From SAR86 cluster bacterium (GTDB lineage: Bacteria; Pseudomonadota; Gammaproteobacteria; Magnimaribacterales; AG-339-G14): a DNA stretch of 64,000 nt. Where the stretch lies: positions 1,072,656-1,136,655 of the forward strand of contig CP097974.1 of assembly GCA_023703675.1 (NCBI GenBank), written 5' to 3'. The position numbers and the translations under genes are program-made. This document shows positions 1 to 8,040 of this stretch, piece by piece. Under the pieces are notes generated by a model. That model had not been told where the DNA came from. It ran no database searches and saw only the letters and a list, made by a program, of their open reading frames with translations. Positions within the stretch are counted from its first letter, which is position 1. Each line of letters starts with the position of its first letter.

Positions 1-182
1 AGCTCTTTAATTCTGTTTCTAAAAAAGCCTGGGACGAATGGATTACCCTTCAAACTACACTAATAAATGAAAAACAATTAGACCTTTCAAAAAAAGAGGC
101 GAGAGATTACCTTAATATTCAATTGGAATTATTTCTTGATAATAGCGATCATGACACCGCCGAAGGGTTCAAAGAAATATAA
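1..182 (+). CDS. yggX: YggX-like Fe(2+)-trafficking / oxidative damage protection protein, 3' fragment (5' end outside window)
   Basis: Frame 3 is open from the window edge to TAA at 180-182. The translation LFNSVSKKAWDEWITLQTTLINEKQLDLSKKEARDYLNIQLELFLDN resembles my recollection of E. coli YggX ([22 protein letters not shown]). It falls below the 60-aa cutoff of the ORF track. Confidence 0.6.
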   Translation, partial: LFNSVSKKAWDEWITLQTTLINEKQLDLSKKEARDYLNIQLELFLDNSDHDTAEGFKEI

Positions 183-198
183 AATCTAGACAACTCTC

Positions 199-2625
199 AT
201 GGTAAGCATAAAGAAAACAGTTAAAAAACTAACGCTAGATGAGAAAATTTCGTTATTAACTGGTTTTAATTCTTGGTATTCCAACAAAATACCTAGACTT
301 AAAATTCCGAGTATGAAAATGTCAGATGGTCCTAATGGAGTTAGAGGAGATTCTACCTCTGGAAAAAGCTCAGCCTGTTTTCCTTGCCCTATTTCTTTAG
401 GGTCGACTTGGAACAAAGAATTAATAAATAAAATTGGAATTGCTCTTGGACAAGAAGCTTTAGATAAAGACGTCGATGTTCTTCTTGGGCCTACTATAAA
501 TCTTCACAGACACCCTCTTGGAGGAAGACATTTTGAAAACTTTTCAGAGGATCCGGTTTTAACAGGAGAAATTGCGGTTGCCTATGTAAAAGGAGTTCAA
601 TCAAAAAAAGTTTCCGCTTGTTTGAAGCACTTTGTCGCTAATGATACAGAGTTTGAAAGACACACAGTAAGCTCAAACCTTGACGAAAGGACCTTAAGAG
701 AAATCTATCTTTTACCCTTTGAGATGGGAGTAAAAAAAGCAAAAGCAAAGTCTGTTATGTCTGCGTATAACAAACTCAACAATATTTATTGCAGTTCTAA
801 TAAAGATTTATTGATCGATATTTTAAAAAAAGAGTGGGGCTTCGATGGTTACGTTGTAAGCGATTGGGGGGCTGCTTTAGAAACCGTTGATAATGCCACT
901 GGTGGCTTAGATATGGAAATGCCTGGACCAGGAAATACTTGGGGAGAGAAACTTAAAACGGCCGTAGAAAAAAAAGAAGTCTCCGAAACTTTAATTGATG
1001 ACAAAGTAAAAAGAATTTTATCGACTATGGAATTTACAGGAAGATTTAGTTCTCCAAAAAATAAATCCGAAAAAGAAAAAAATAGGAAATCGCATAAAAA
1101 GTTATTAAGAAATTGTGCAAGCGAAGGCATGGTTTTATTAAAAAATGAAAATTTACTTCCTCTAAAGAAAAAAAAGATTAATTCAATTGCTCTCATTGGA
1201 CCCAACGCTAAATTTAGTCAAATTATTGGAGGAGGAAGTGCAAGCCTTAAACCGCATTATCAAATCCACCCTTTAGAGGCTTTGAAAAATTACATAGATG
1301 AAAAAAGAATTTCTTACGCAAAAGGCGTACATACACATAAGTACCTTCCAAAATTCAATGAGTCTTTGTTTTCTGATTCCGAAGGATTTAAAGTCGAATA
1401 TTTTGACAGCGAAATAAAAGAATCTAAGCTCTTAAAGACAGAATTTCTGAAAGGAAATAAGTTTTGGGTTTTTGATGGATTTGCAAAAGATATTATTAAC
1501 AAAGATGAACGGCCCAATATCAAAGTTAAATTCTCTTGTGAATACAAGGCAGATGTTGAAGGCGCACACGAATTTGAAGTTTTTGGCATTGGACCATGTG
1601 TCATGAAAATCGATGGCAAAGAAATAATAGATAATGCAAACGATATACAACCAGGTGAGGCATTTTTCTCTTTTGGCAGTGCTCCTAAAAAAACAAAATT
1701 GATTTTAAAACGGAATCAAAAATATCTAATCGAAGTCATATATTCCTTTGAAGGAAGGTTTCCTGCTGTTCAATTTGGTTGCTTACCTCCTGACAAAGAA
1801 AATTTATTAGAAGCTGCAAAAAAAATAGCTAAAGATTCAGATGCAGTGATTTTACTTGTTGGCACAAATTCAGATTGGGAGACGGAAGGTAATGATAGAA
1901 ACTCTCTTGAGCTACCCTGTAGCCAAGATGATTTAGTTAACCAAATCACTAAGATAAATTCAAATTGTGCTGTGGTTCTGAACACTGGTTCTCCGGTGAG
2001 TATGCCCTGGGTAACCCAACCAAAAGCAATTATTCAATCTTGGTTTGGGGGTCAAGAGTACGGAAATGCTCTCATGGACATTATTTTTGGAGAAACTAAT
2101 CCCTCAGGAAAACTTCCTACAACTTTCCCTACAGAAATTAAAAGTACTCCGGCTTTTTCGTCCTACCCAGGGAAAAATTCACAAATGAATTATGAAGAAA
2201 AGCTTCTCTTAGGTTACCGATGGTATGAAAAAAGAGACATCAAAACATTGTTTCCTTTTGGCCATGGTCTAAGTTATACGAGTTTTGAATATAAAAATTT
2301 AAGTCTCATTCAAAAAAATAAAAAAGTTTATTGCAATCTTGAAGTTTCAAATATTGGGAAAAGAGAAGGAAAAGAGATAATTCAATGTTATGTCAGTTCC
2401 CCAAGTCCAAACAAAAATGAGCCACTTAAAACTCTTGAAGCATTCATTAAAGTAAGAATAAAAAAAGGACAAACAAAATTAGTGACCCTTGAATTAGATG
2501 AAAGAAATTTTTCTTATTGGGACATCAATTCAAAAAATTGGAAATTAAAAGAAGGTGAATACGAAATTTTAATTGGCTCTTCTTCAGAAAATATTCACTT
2601 AAAAGAAAAACTTTCTCTTAAATAG
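199..2625 (+). CDS. Glycoside hydrolase family 3 beta-glucosidase with PA14-like insert, apparently cytoplasmic
   Basis: 808-aa ORF. GH3 motifs are present: KHFVANDTE and GFDGYVVSDWGA (nucleophile Asp context). A PA14-like segment lies at about aa 395-530 (FKVEYFD...GAHEFEVFGIGPCVMKIDGKEIID). The C-terminal fibronectin-like end contains FGHGLSYTSFEY. No N-terminal signal peptide. Confidence 0.9.
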   Translation: MVSIKKTVKKLTLDEKISLLTGFNSWYSNKIPRLKIPSMKMSDGPNGVRGDSTSGKSSACFPCPISLGSTWNKELINKIGIALGQEALDKDVDVLLGPTINLHRHPLGGRHFENFSEDPVLTGEIAVAYVKGVQSKKVSACLKHFVANDTEFERHTVSSNLDERTLREIYLLPFEMGVKKAKAKSVMSAYNKLNNIYCSSNKDLLIDILKKEWGFDGYVVSDWGAALETVDNATGGLDMEMPGPGNTWGEKLKTAVEKKEVSETLIDDKVKRILSTMEFTGRFSSPKNKSEKEKNRKSHKKLLRNCASEGMVLLKNENLLPLKKKKINSIALIGPNAKFSQIIGGGSASLKPHYQIHPLEALKNYIDEKRISYAKGVHTHKYLPKFNESLFSDSEGFKVEYFDSEIKESKLLKTEFLKGNKFWVFDGFAKDIINKDERPNIKVKFSCEYKADVEGAHEFEVFGIGPCVMKIDGKEIIDNANDIQPGEAFFSFGSAPKKTKLILKRNQKYLIEVIYSFEGRFPAVQFGCLPPDKENLLEAAKKIAKDSDAVILLVGTNSDWETEGNDRNSLELPCSQDDLVNQITKINSNCAVVLNTGSPVSMPWVTQPKAIIQSWFGGQEYGNALMDIIFGETNPSGKLPTTFPTEIKSTPAFSSYPGKNSQMNYEEKLLLGYRWYEKRDIKTLFPFGHGLSYTSFEYKNLSLIQKNKKVYCNLEVSNIGKREGKEIIQCYVSSPSPNKNEPLKTLEAFIKVRIKKGQTKLVTLELDERNFSYWDINSKNWKLKEGEYEILIGSSSENIHLKEKLSLK

Positions 2626-2626
2626 T

Positions 2627-4621
2627 TTATCCATTTAATAAAAAGGTAATTTGTTTGCTTGTAAGTTTAATTGACAAGGCTCGCATACAACTCTCCGATT
2701 CAAATAGATTTCTTGGGCCAATTAAAGGAAAAATATTTTCATGTCGATTGATAACATAAGCTAACGATAATTCAATTGCCGTGCATCCTAATTCATCAGC
2801 TAAATGAAAACACCTCTCTCTTCGATCTAAATTTGACCGACTATGCCAAACCCTTAATTCTTCATCCAAAGTTGGGTTAGCTCCATGGGAACCTTTTGGG
2901 AATGATTGTTGTTGTACAAAAAATCCACGAGCTTGACTGGACCATGGAAACAAATAAATATTATTCTTAATTACGTAATCTAAAAATTCTTCATCACACC
3001 TCATACAACCAGGCCAAACGGGCTGATTCATTTCTGCCAAACTAAAGTTGTTACTTAATACTTTAAATCCTTCTTTATCATTAGCTTCGGCATATTCATT
3101 TGCCTCACTAAACCTATTAAGACTCCAATTTGAAGCACCCAAGATTGAAATGAATCCAGCTTTTTTTAATTCATTTAATTTATCAATAAATTCGCCTACA
3201 GGAACTTCAGGGTTATCTCTATGCAAACAATAAATATCGAATTTTTTTAAGTTAAGTCTCTTTAAAGATTCTTTTATTTGAGGCTCTATAAAACTTGGCT
3301 CACACTGTGGAGTATGTGCGCCCTTTCCTAGAATAATCACCTCGTCTTGAATATTTTTTTTTCTTATCCAATTGCCTAGGTATTTATCTGAAAGACCATT
3401 GTTATAGATGTAAGCGGTATCAAAAATTCTTCCACCCTGTTGATAGAAATGTTCAAACATGCAGTAGGCATGTAAATCAGAGATTTGATTGTCACAACCA
3501 AAGACTACTTTCGGAGTTGATTTTCCTAGTATTTCAGTTGTATCTTTTTCTAAGTTAGAATCTAAATGAAAATAATGATCAATTATTGGAGAATTTTTGA
3601 TTTCGTTGCTTGGGTAGATTACTCCTAGCTTGGAATACCATTTTTCTAAAGAAAGAATGTTTCCTAAAGTATCCTTGTGGGACATCAAAGATGATTCAAA
3701 AATATTTTGAGCTATGCAATTTGCCGCCTCATCAATTTCTCTAGTAAACAATCCTACTTCATCATTTATCTGAACGATTTCCTCTTTTCCTTGATTAATA
3801 AATTTAACCGAAGAAATGCCGTCGTTAAATTGTCCGCAATGCCAAGGATCAGAAATTTCTAATCTCAAGTTTTCTGCTTCAACAATCAAATTGTTTTCAT
3901 AGTTCTCATTAATAGCCGTCTTGATTTCTGCAGAAATATTTTCTGAAAATTCAATCGTCGCTGTTGATTTAGCGTCTACACCTGTTTCATCTAACTCCCC
4001 TTCTACAGTTATTTTAGAAGGCTCTGCAAAAGGTAAATCAGTTAGTTTTCCGCCAATTAGTCTTGCCATAGATAAGGGATAGCAGCCTACATCTAGAATT
4101 GCACCTCCTGCTAACTTTGGATTTCTTAATCTATGCTCTTTTGATACATCAGCACTAAAGCCAAATGAACTCTTTAAAGAAACTCTTTTATTGAGAAAAT
4201 ACTTTTCAATGTACTCTAAAATCTTAAAAGTCTGAGGGTGACACCTATACATAAATGCCTCCATAAGAAAAACTTTTCTTTTTTGGGCTTCATTAATTAA
4301 TATCATTGATTCAGAGGAATTTATCGTTAAAGGTTTTTCACACAACACATTAAGATTGCTTCTTATGCAATCCAAAGAATATTTAAAATGAGAAACGTGA
4401 GGAGTAGCTACATAAACCGCTTCAATGCCGCTATTCAAAAACTTATCTAGTTTGTTGAAAGAATTTATTCCATGTTTTTGTGCAAAATTCTTTACTTTGG
4501 TTTCATTTCTTCCGAATACCGCTTGAAGTTCTGAAGTTTTAGAATGTTTGATCGAATGAGAAAAAGCATTGGCGATTCCCCCATTTCCAATTACTCCCCA
4601 TTTTAATTTTTTCTTAGGCAA
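2627..4621 (-). CDS. Fusion protein: N-terminal Gfo/Idh/MocA NAD(P)-oxidoreductase plus C-terminal aldo/keto reductase
   Basis: Single 664-aa ORF. The N-terminus has KWGVIGNGGIANAF (Rossmann) and CEKPLT (Gfo/Idh/MocA signature). The C-terminal half has AKR tetrad contexts FDTAYIYNNG (D,Y), LGKGAH (K), CLHRD (H) and ILGASNWSLNRF. Confidence 0.8.
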   Translation of the reverse strand: MPKKKLKWGVIGNGGIANAFSHSIKHSKTSELQAVFGRNETKVKNFAQKHGINSFNKLDKFLNSGIEAVYVATPHVSHFKYSLDCIRSNLNVLCEKPLTINSSESMILINEAQKRKVFLMEAFMYRCHPQTFKILEYIEKYFLNKRVSLKSSFGFSADVSKEHRLRNPKLAGGAILDVGCYPLSMARLIGGKLTDLPFAEPSKITVEGELDETGVDAKSTATIEFSENISAEIKTAINENYENNLIVEAENLRLEISDPWHCGQFNDGISSVKFINQGKEEIVQINDEVGLFTREIDEAANCIAQNIFESSLMSHKDTLGNILSLEKWYSKLGVIYPSNEIKNSPIIDHYFHLDSNLEKDTTEILGKSTPKVVFGCDNQISDLHAYCMFEHFYQQGGRIFDTAYIYNNGLSDKYLGNWIRKKNIQDEVIILGKGAHTPQCEPSFIEPQIKESLKRLNLKKFDIYCLHRDNPEVPVGEFIDKLNELKKAGFISILGASNWSLNRFSEANEYAEANDKEGFKVLSNNFSLAEMNQPVWPGCMRCDEEFLDYVIKNNIYLFPWSSQARGFFVQQQSFPKGSHGANPTLDEELRVWHSRSNLDRRERCFHLADELGCTAIELSLAYVINRHENIFPLIGPRNLFESESCMRALSIKLTSKQITFLLNG

Positions 4622-4703
4622 TAAAAATCTCCCCTTTGCTAAACATATATTCTAAATTGATTGCGCATTAAAGACGATTCTTCTAAGATATTTTCTTTCC
4701 CAA

Positions 4704-4779
4704 GCCCAGATAGCTCAGTTGGTAGAGCAAAGGACTGAAAATCCTTGTGTCGGTGGTTCGATTCCACCTCTGGGCACCA
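4704..4779 (+). tRNA. tRNA-Phe (anticodon GAA), CCA encoded
   Basis: Cloverleaf read by eye. Acceptor gcccaga/tctgggc, D-arm gctc-agttggta-gagc, anticodon arm aagga-cuGAAaa-tcctt, variable gtgtc, T-arm ggtgg-ttcgatt-ccacc, discriminator a, cca. Confidence 0.95.
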
Positions 4780-4818
4780 ACGAGATAACATTTTTAAAAC
4801 CAACTCAATAATACTAAA

Positions 4819-4835
4819 ATACCCCCAATGGGTAT
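4819..4835. promoter_or_regulatory. Candidate CsoR/RcnR-family operator: GC-tract inverted repeat ATACCC-ccaat-GGGTAT overlapping the start codon of the first islet gene
   Basis: Perfect 6-5-6 inverted repeat. The ATG at 4828-4830 lies inside it. TAAAAT (4815-4820) is a possible -10 abutting the left arm. The operon's last gene encodes a CsoR-family repressor. Confidence 0.45.
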
Positions 4836-5427
4836 AAGAATTATTTGTCTTTTGTCTGTCATGTCGTTTGGACTTGATGCTAGACCTATATCTTACACAG
4901 GTGGTTCAACCATAATGGCGTTTTCAGATAACATAAAAAATTCTATCTACTACCATTATTCGCCATCCTATAAATACTCAATTGGGATTGAAGTTATAAG
5001 AAATAAATATTTTAAAGATAATTATTCATATGTTAGATATACATACTTGATAAATAGAAAGAATACTGAAAACTCTCAAAGAAATTTGTATTTTCAATCT
5101 GGTGTTAGTTCAAAAGGTTTTGATGAATTTTTTTATGGTATACATGGAGATTGGGAAACAAGAAGATTATTTGTTGGTTTTGGAATAAAGGAAACTGAAA
5201 GAAAAATTCAAGACTATTTAGAACAATACTATCAAATAGGAGTTGCGCCCTATCTTGGTGATTATGGTGACTTGCACACATGGATAATGATTAAGGCAAA
5301 AGATAATTCTCTTGAAAATAAGTGGTCAACTTACCCTGTATTAAAATTTTTTAAAGGAAATGTTCTTATGGAATTTGGTTATAGCAAAAAAACTAAATGG
5401 GATATTCATCTAATGTATAGATTTTGA
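4828..5427 (+). CDS. Putative small outer-membrane beta-barrel protein (function unknown, metal islet)
   Basis: 199 aa. N-terminal signal-like MGIRIICLLSVMSFGLDA. Tyr/Gly-rich amphipathic strand-like segments. C-terminus ...HLMYRF ends in an aromatic residue, as OM barrels typically do. No family recognised. Confidence 0.4.
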   Translation: MGIRIICLLSVMSFGLDARPISYTGGSTIMAFSDNIKNSIYYHYSPSYKYSIGIEVIRNKYFKDNYSYVRYTYLINRKNTENSQRNLYFQSGVSSKGFDEFFYGIHGDWETRRLFVGFGIKETERKIQDYLEQYYQIGVAPYLGDYGDLHTWIMIKAKDNSLENKWSTYPVLKFFKGNVLMEFGYSKKTKWDIHLMYRF

Positions 5428-5435
5428 GAGGAAAA

Positions 5436-5837
5436 ATGAAAAATATATTATTAATTCTTATTTTTACTTCAATGGCATGGGGAGAAACCCCTCATGACGG
5501 CATGCATCATACTCATGAAGGACATGTTCATGAAGAATTTGTAGATGGTAAGAAATTAGAAGTTGATCCTGAGAGATTTGATAAATTCGTTATGGATCTT
5601 GAAGATACCCAAATTGCAATCGTGAATGTTCAAGGTATGGTGTGTGATTTTTGTGCTAGAGGTATTGAAAAAACATTTAAAAAAGACACCAATGTAAAAA
5701 AAGTAGACGTTGATCTGAGCAAAGGAAAAGTTTTAATCGCATACAATGTTGCTCATGAAATAATCTTTGATGATATCAAGGAAAAAATTCTAATAAACGG
5801 ACAAAATGCAATTGATATGCAGGTTATTAATCTTTAA
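5436..5837 (+). CDS. Periplasmic heavy-metal-associated (HMA) domain protein with His-rich N-terminus (MerP/CopZ-like)
   Basis: Signal peptide MKNILLILIFTSMAWG, then the His-rich ETPHDGMHHTHEGHVHEE, then the HMA fold motif VNVQGMVCDFCARGIEKTF (GMxCxxC). The track start at 5424 is a TTG. I prefer the ATG at 5436, which is preceded by gagagg. Confidence 0.75.
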   Translation: MKNILLILIFTSMAWGETPHDGMHHTHEGHVHEEFVDGKKLEVDPERFDKFVMDLEDTQIAIVNVQGMVCDFCARGIEKTFKKDTNVKKVDVDLSKGKVLIAYNVAHEIIFDDIKEKILINGQNAIDMQVINL

Positions 5838-5842
5838 AAATT

Positions 5843-6208
5843 ATGCAAGATAAATCAGCAAATTTTTTATCCTTGTTTGCCTCGTCATCAACTTTAATAT
5901 GTTGTGCACTTCCTTCATTATTTATTGCAGTTGGTGCAGGTGCTTCTTTTGCAAGTTTAATAACAGTCTTTCCATTTTTAATTGTCTTATCTCAATATAA
6001 ATTATCTATAACAATATTTGCTTCAGTGACCATCATATTTGCTGGATATGTGAATTATAAAACTTATTATATGCCTTGCCCCACAGATCCTGAGTTAGGC
6101 AAGTTATGCATGCAAACTAGAAAACAATCAAGATATGTTTATTACATTTCAGTTGTATTGTTTATTTTTGCTACAATATTTACTTATTTAGTTCCTAAAT
6201 TCGTATGA
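5843..6208 (+). CDS. MerT/MerC-like metal transport membrane protein (vicinal Cys pair in TM1)
   Basis: 121 aa with about 3-4 TM segments. TM1 carries STLICCALPSLF (CC..P, as in MerT/MerC/MerF importers). A second Cys pair lies in a loop (MPCPTDPELGKLC). Overlaps the next gene by ATGA. Confidence 0.5.
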   Translation: MQDKSANFLSLFASSSTLICCALPSLFIAVGAGASFASLITVFPFLIVLSQYKLSITIFASVTIIFAGYVNYKTYYMPCPTDPELGKLCMQTRKQSRYVYYISVVLFIFATIFTYLVPKFV

Positions 6209-6465
6209 AAAATCCATGCCATAAAGAAGAAATTCCTAGTCTTAACAGAATTGAGGGACAAGTTCGTGGAATTGCTAACATGATTGATGAAGAAAAGTAT
6301 TGCATTGATATACTCAATCAAATCAAGGCAGTTAGAAATGCTCTTACAAGTATTGAAGGAAAAATATTAAAAAGACATATGAAAGAATGTGTTAAGGAAG
6401 CATTAAATGATGAGAAGGGTTTTGACAATAAGGTTGAGGAAATATTAAAAACCCTTAAAAGATAG
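6205..6465 (+). CDS. csoR: CsoR/RcnR/FrmR-family metal-sensing transcriptional repressor (x-C-H-C fingerprint)
   Basis: 86 aa. Contains RIEGQVRGIANMI and YCIDILNQIKAVRNAL (Cys33) plus KRHMKEC (His58, Cys62, spacing HxxxC), which is the Cu(I)-CsoR-type ligand set. An extra N-terminal Cys5-His6 is present. Confidence 0.8.
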   Translation: MKNPCHKEEIPSLNRIEGQVRGIANMIDEEKYCIDILNQIKAVRNALTSIEGKILKRHMKECVKEALNDEKGFDNKVEEILKTLKR

Positions 6466-6483
6466 ATTAAATTACTGGTTTCA

Positions 6484-6549
6484 TGTGTGCGCTCTTTGTA
6501 TCAATGCTGTGAAGGTTTTTATCATGTTCGTGCACACAGGTGTGCACAC
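6484..6549. repeat. GC-rich motif cluster: TGTGTGCGC (inverted, 6484-6492) and two direct GTGCACACA units (6530-6538, 6541-6549; 11-nt period)
   Basis: Read directly from the sequence. The units stand out against AT-rich flanks. The inverted unit could pair with either direct unit (9 bp including one G-U). Confidence 0.4.
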
Positions 6550-6590
6550 AAATGGTCTGAAAGGTAATAATTTAAAGGGATTATGACTTA

Positions 6591-6645
6591 CGAACAAAGA
6601 ACTGAAAATCCTTGTGTCGGTGGTTCGATTCCTAGCAGGGACATC
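6591..6645 (+). pseudogene. tRNA-Phe fragment (anticodon arm to T-loop), non-functional
   Basis: 6600-6631 is a 32/32 exact copy of tRNA positions 4734-4765, and 39/41 when extended to 6591-6631. Downstream, tagcagggacatca replaces acctctgggcacca, which breaks the T-stem and acceptor stem. No matching 5' half lies upstream. Confidence 0.8.
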
Positions 6646-6690
6646 ACAATTTTCTAAAACTAAAAAAATAGAATCTTTTTTAAGACTTCA

Positions 6691-8040
6691 TTATTTTATA
6701 ACATTCAAAGAATTAGAAAACTTTTGTATGTTATTTACTTTAGTTGGCCTTCCAATACATATGTAATCAAATTCTTTCTTAGACAGAAGATTTGGATCGT
6801 AGATATTCCTTCCATCAAAAATAACTGCATTTTTTAAATAAGTTTTTAACTCTTCCAAGTCTATGTTAAAAAATTCTTTCCATTCTGTAGCGATAATCAA
6901 TGCATTTGATTCTTTAGCTGCATCGAAAGGATTATCATTAAAAGATAAATTTTTATGCTTTATAGTTTCTCTTAAATTATCAAGAGCCTTAGGGTCATAG
7001 GCTTTAACAAGCGCTCCTTTGTTTAGAAGATTTTTAATCAATTTAATTGCAGGAGCGAAACGAATATCGTCTGTATTAGGTTTGAAGGATACACCCCATA
7101 CAGAAAGAGTAAGGCCAGATAAATCATCAGATTTGAAATATTCTGTAATCTTTTTAGTAAAAATGTCTACCTGGAAATCATTAATCTCAATTACAGATTT
7201 TAATAGTTTCAAATCTAGATTTGCGTCATTAGCATTATCAATTATCGCTCTGATATCTTTAGGAAAACATGAACCGCCAAATCCCAATCCAGGATATAGG
7301 TATTCATAACCTATCCTTTTATCAAGTCCTATACCCATTCTTACTTTCTCAATATCAGCACCCTTTATGTCGGCATAATTTGAAAGCTCATTCATAAAAC
7401 TTATTTTAGTAGCCAAAAAAGCATTTGAAGCATATTTAGTCAACTCTGCCGAAGGTGTGTCCATAAAAATTATAGATTTATTCTCCCTTATGAAAGGAGA
7501 AAAAATAGTTAGAAAAAAATCTTCTGAGATATCAGAATTTTTACCAATGACTATTCTGTCAGGTTTTAAGAAATCTTTTACTGCAGAACCTTCTCTTAAA
7601 AATTCTGGACACATTGAAATATTGATATTCTTTGAGGAATCGATCATTGTTGATAATTCTTCACATGTGCCTGGAGGAACAGTAGATTTAATAATAAAAA
7701 AAGCATCTTTTGTATTTTCAGAAATAGAAAAAATTGATTTGTAGAGAGCTAGTAAGTTTGCCTCACCCGAACCTCTGGGTGGTGTGCCGACACAAATAAA
7801 AAATATATTTGAAAAATCGGAAACTTCCTTCAACTTATCTGAAAAACTTAATCGATTATTTCCTAAATTTTCTTTTAGCAAAGATTCAAGCTGAGGCTCA
7901 TAAATATTAGTTTTACCGTTTTTAAGAAGATCAATCTTATCCTTATCTATGTCATAACATTTAACTTCATGTCCTGAGTGGGCAAAACATGCTGCAGTTA
8001 CCAAGCCAACATATCCTGCACCAATAACATTAATATTCAT
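6691..8040 (-). CDS. ugd: UDP-glucose 6-dehydrogenase
   Basis: MNINVIGAGYVGLV (Rossmann) and the catalytic context GFGGSCFPKD. The track start (8118) adds 26 implausible residues. The ATG at 8040 overlaps the upstream stop as ATGA. Confidence 0.9.
   Translation of the reverse strand: MNINVIGAGYVGLVTAACFAHSGHEVKCYDIDKDKIDLLKNGKTNIYEPQLESLLKENLGNNRLSFSDKLKEVSDFSNIFFICVGTPPRGSGEANLLALYKSIFSISENTKDAFFIIKSTVPPGTCEELSTMIDSSKNINISMCPEFLREGSAVKDFLKPDRIVIGKNSDISEDFFLTIFSPFIRENKSIIFMDTPSAELTKYASNAFLATKISFMNELSNYADIKGADIEKVRMGIGLDKRIGYEYLYPGLGFGGSCFPKDIRAIIDNANDANLDLKLLKSVIEINDFQVDIFTKKITEYFKSDDLSGLTLSVWGVSFKPNTDDIRFAPAIKLIKNLLNKGALVKAYDPKALDNLRETIKHKNLSFNDNPFDAAKESNALIIATEWKEFFNIDLEELKTYLKNAVIFDGRNIYDPNLLSKKEFDYICIGRPTKVNNIQKFSNSLNVIK

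Noticed and set aside
4828-6465. A classical mer (mercury resistance) operon.
   Set aside because: There is no MerA reductase, MerR or MerD. The regulator is CsoR-family with a Cu-type C-H-C ligand set. Mer-like transport parts alone do not make a resistance operon.
6591-6645. A second functional tRNA-Phe gene.
   Set aside because: Only the anticodon arm to T-loop matches. The 3' T-stem strand reads cctag instead of ccacc. The acceptor 3' strand has no complementary 5' strand upstream, and the D-arm region is unrecognisable.
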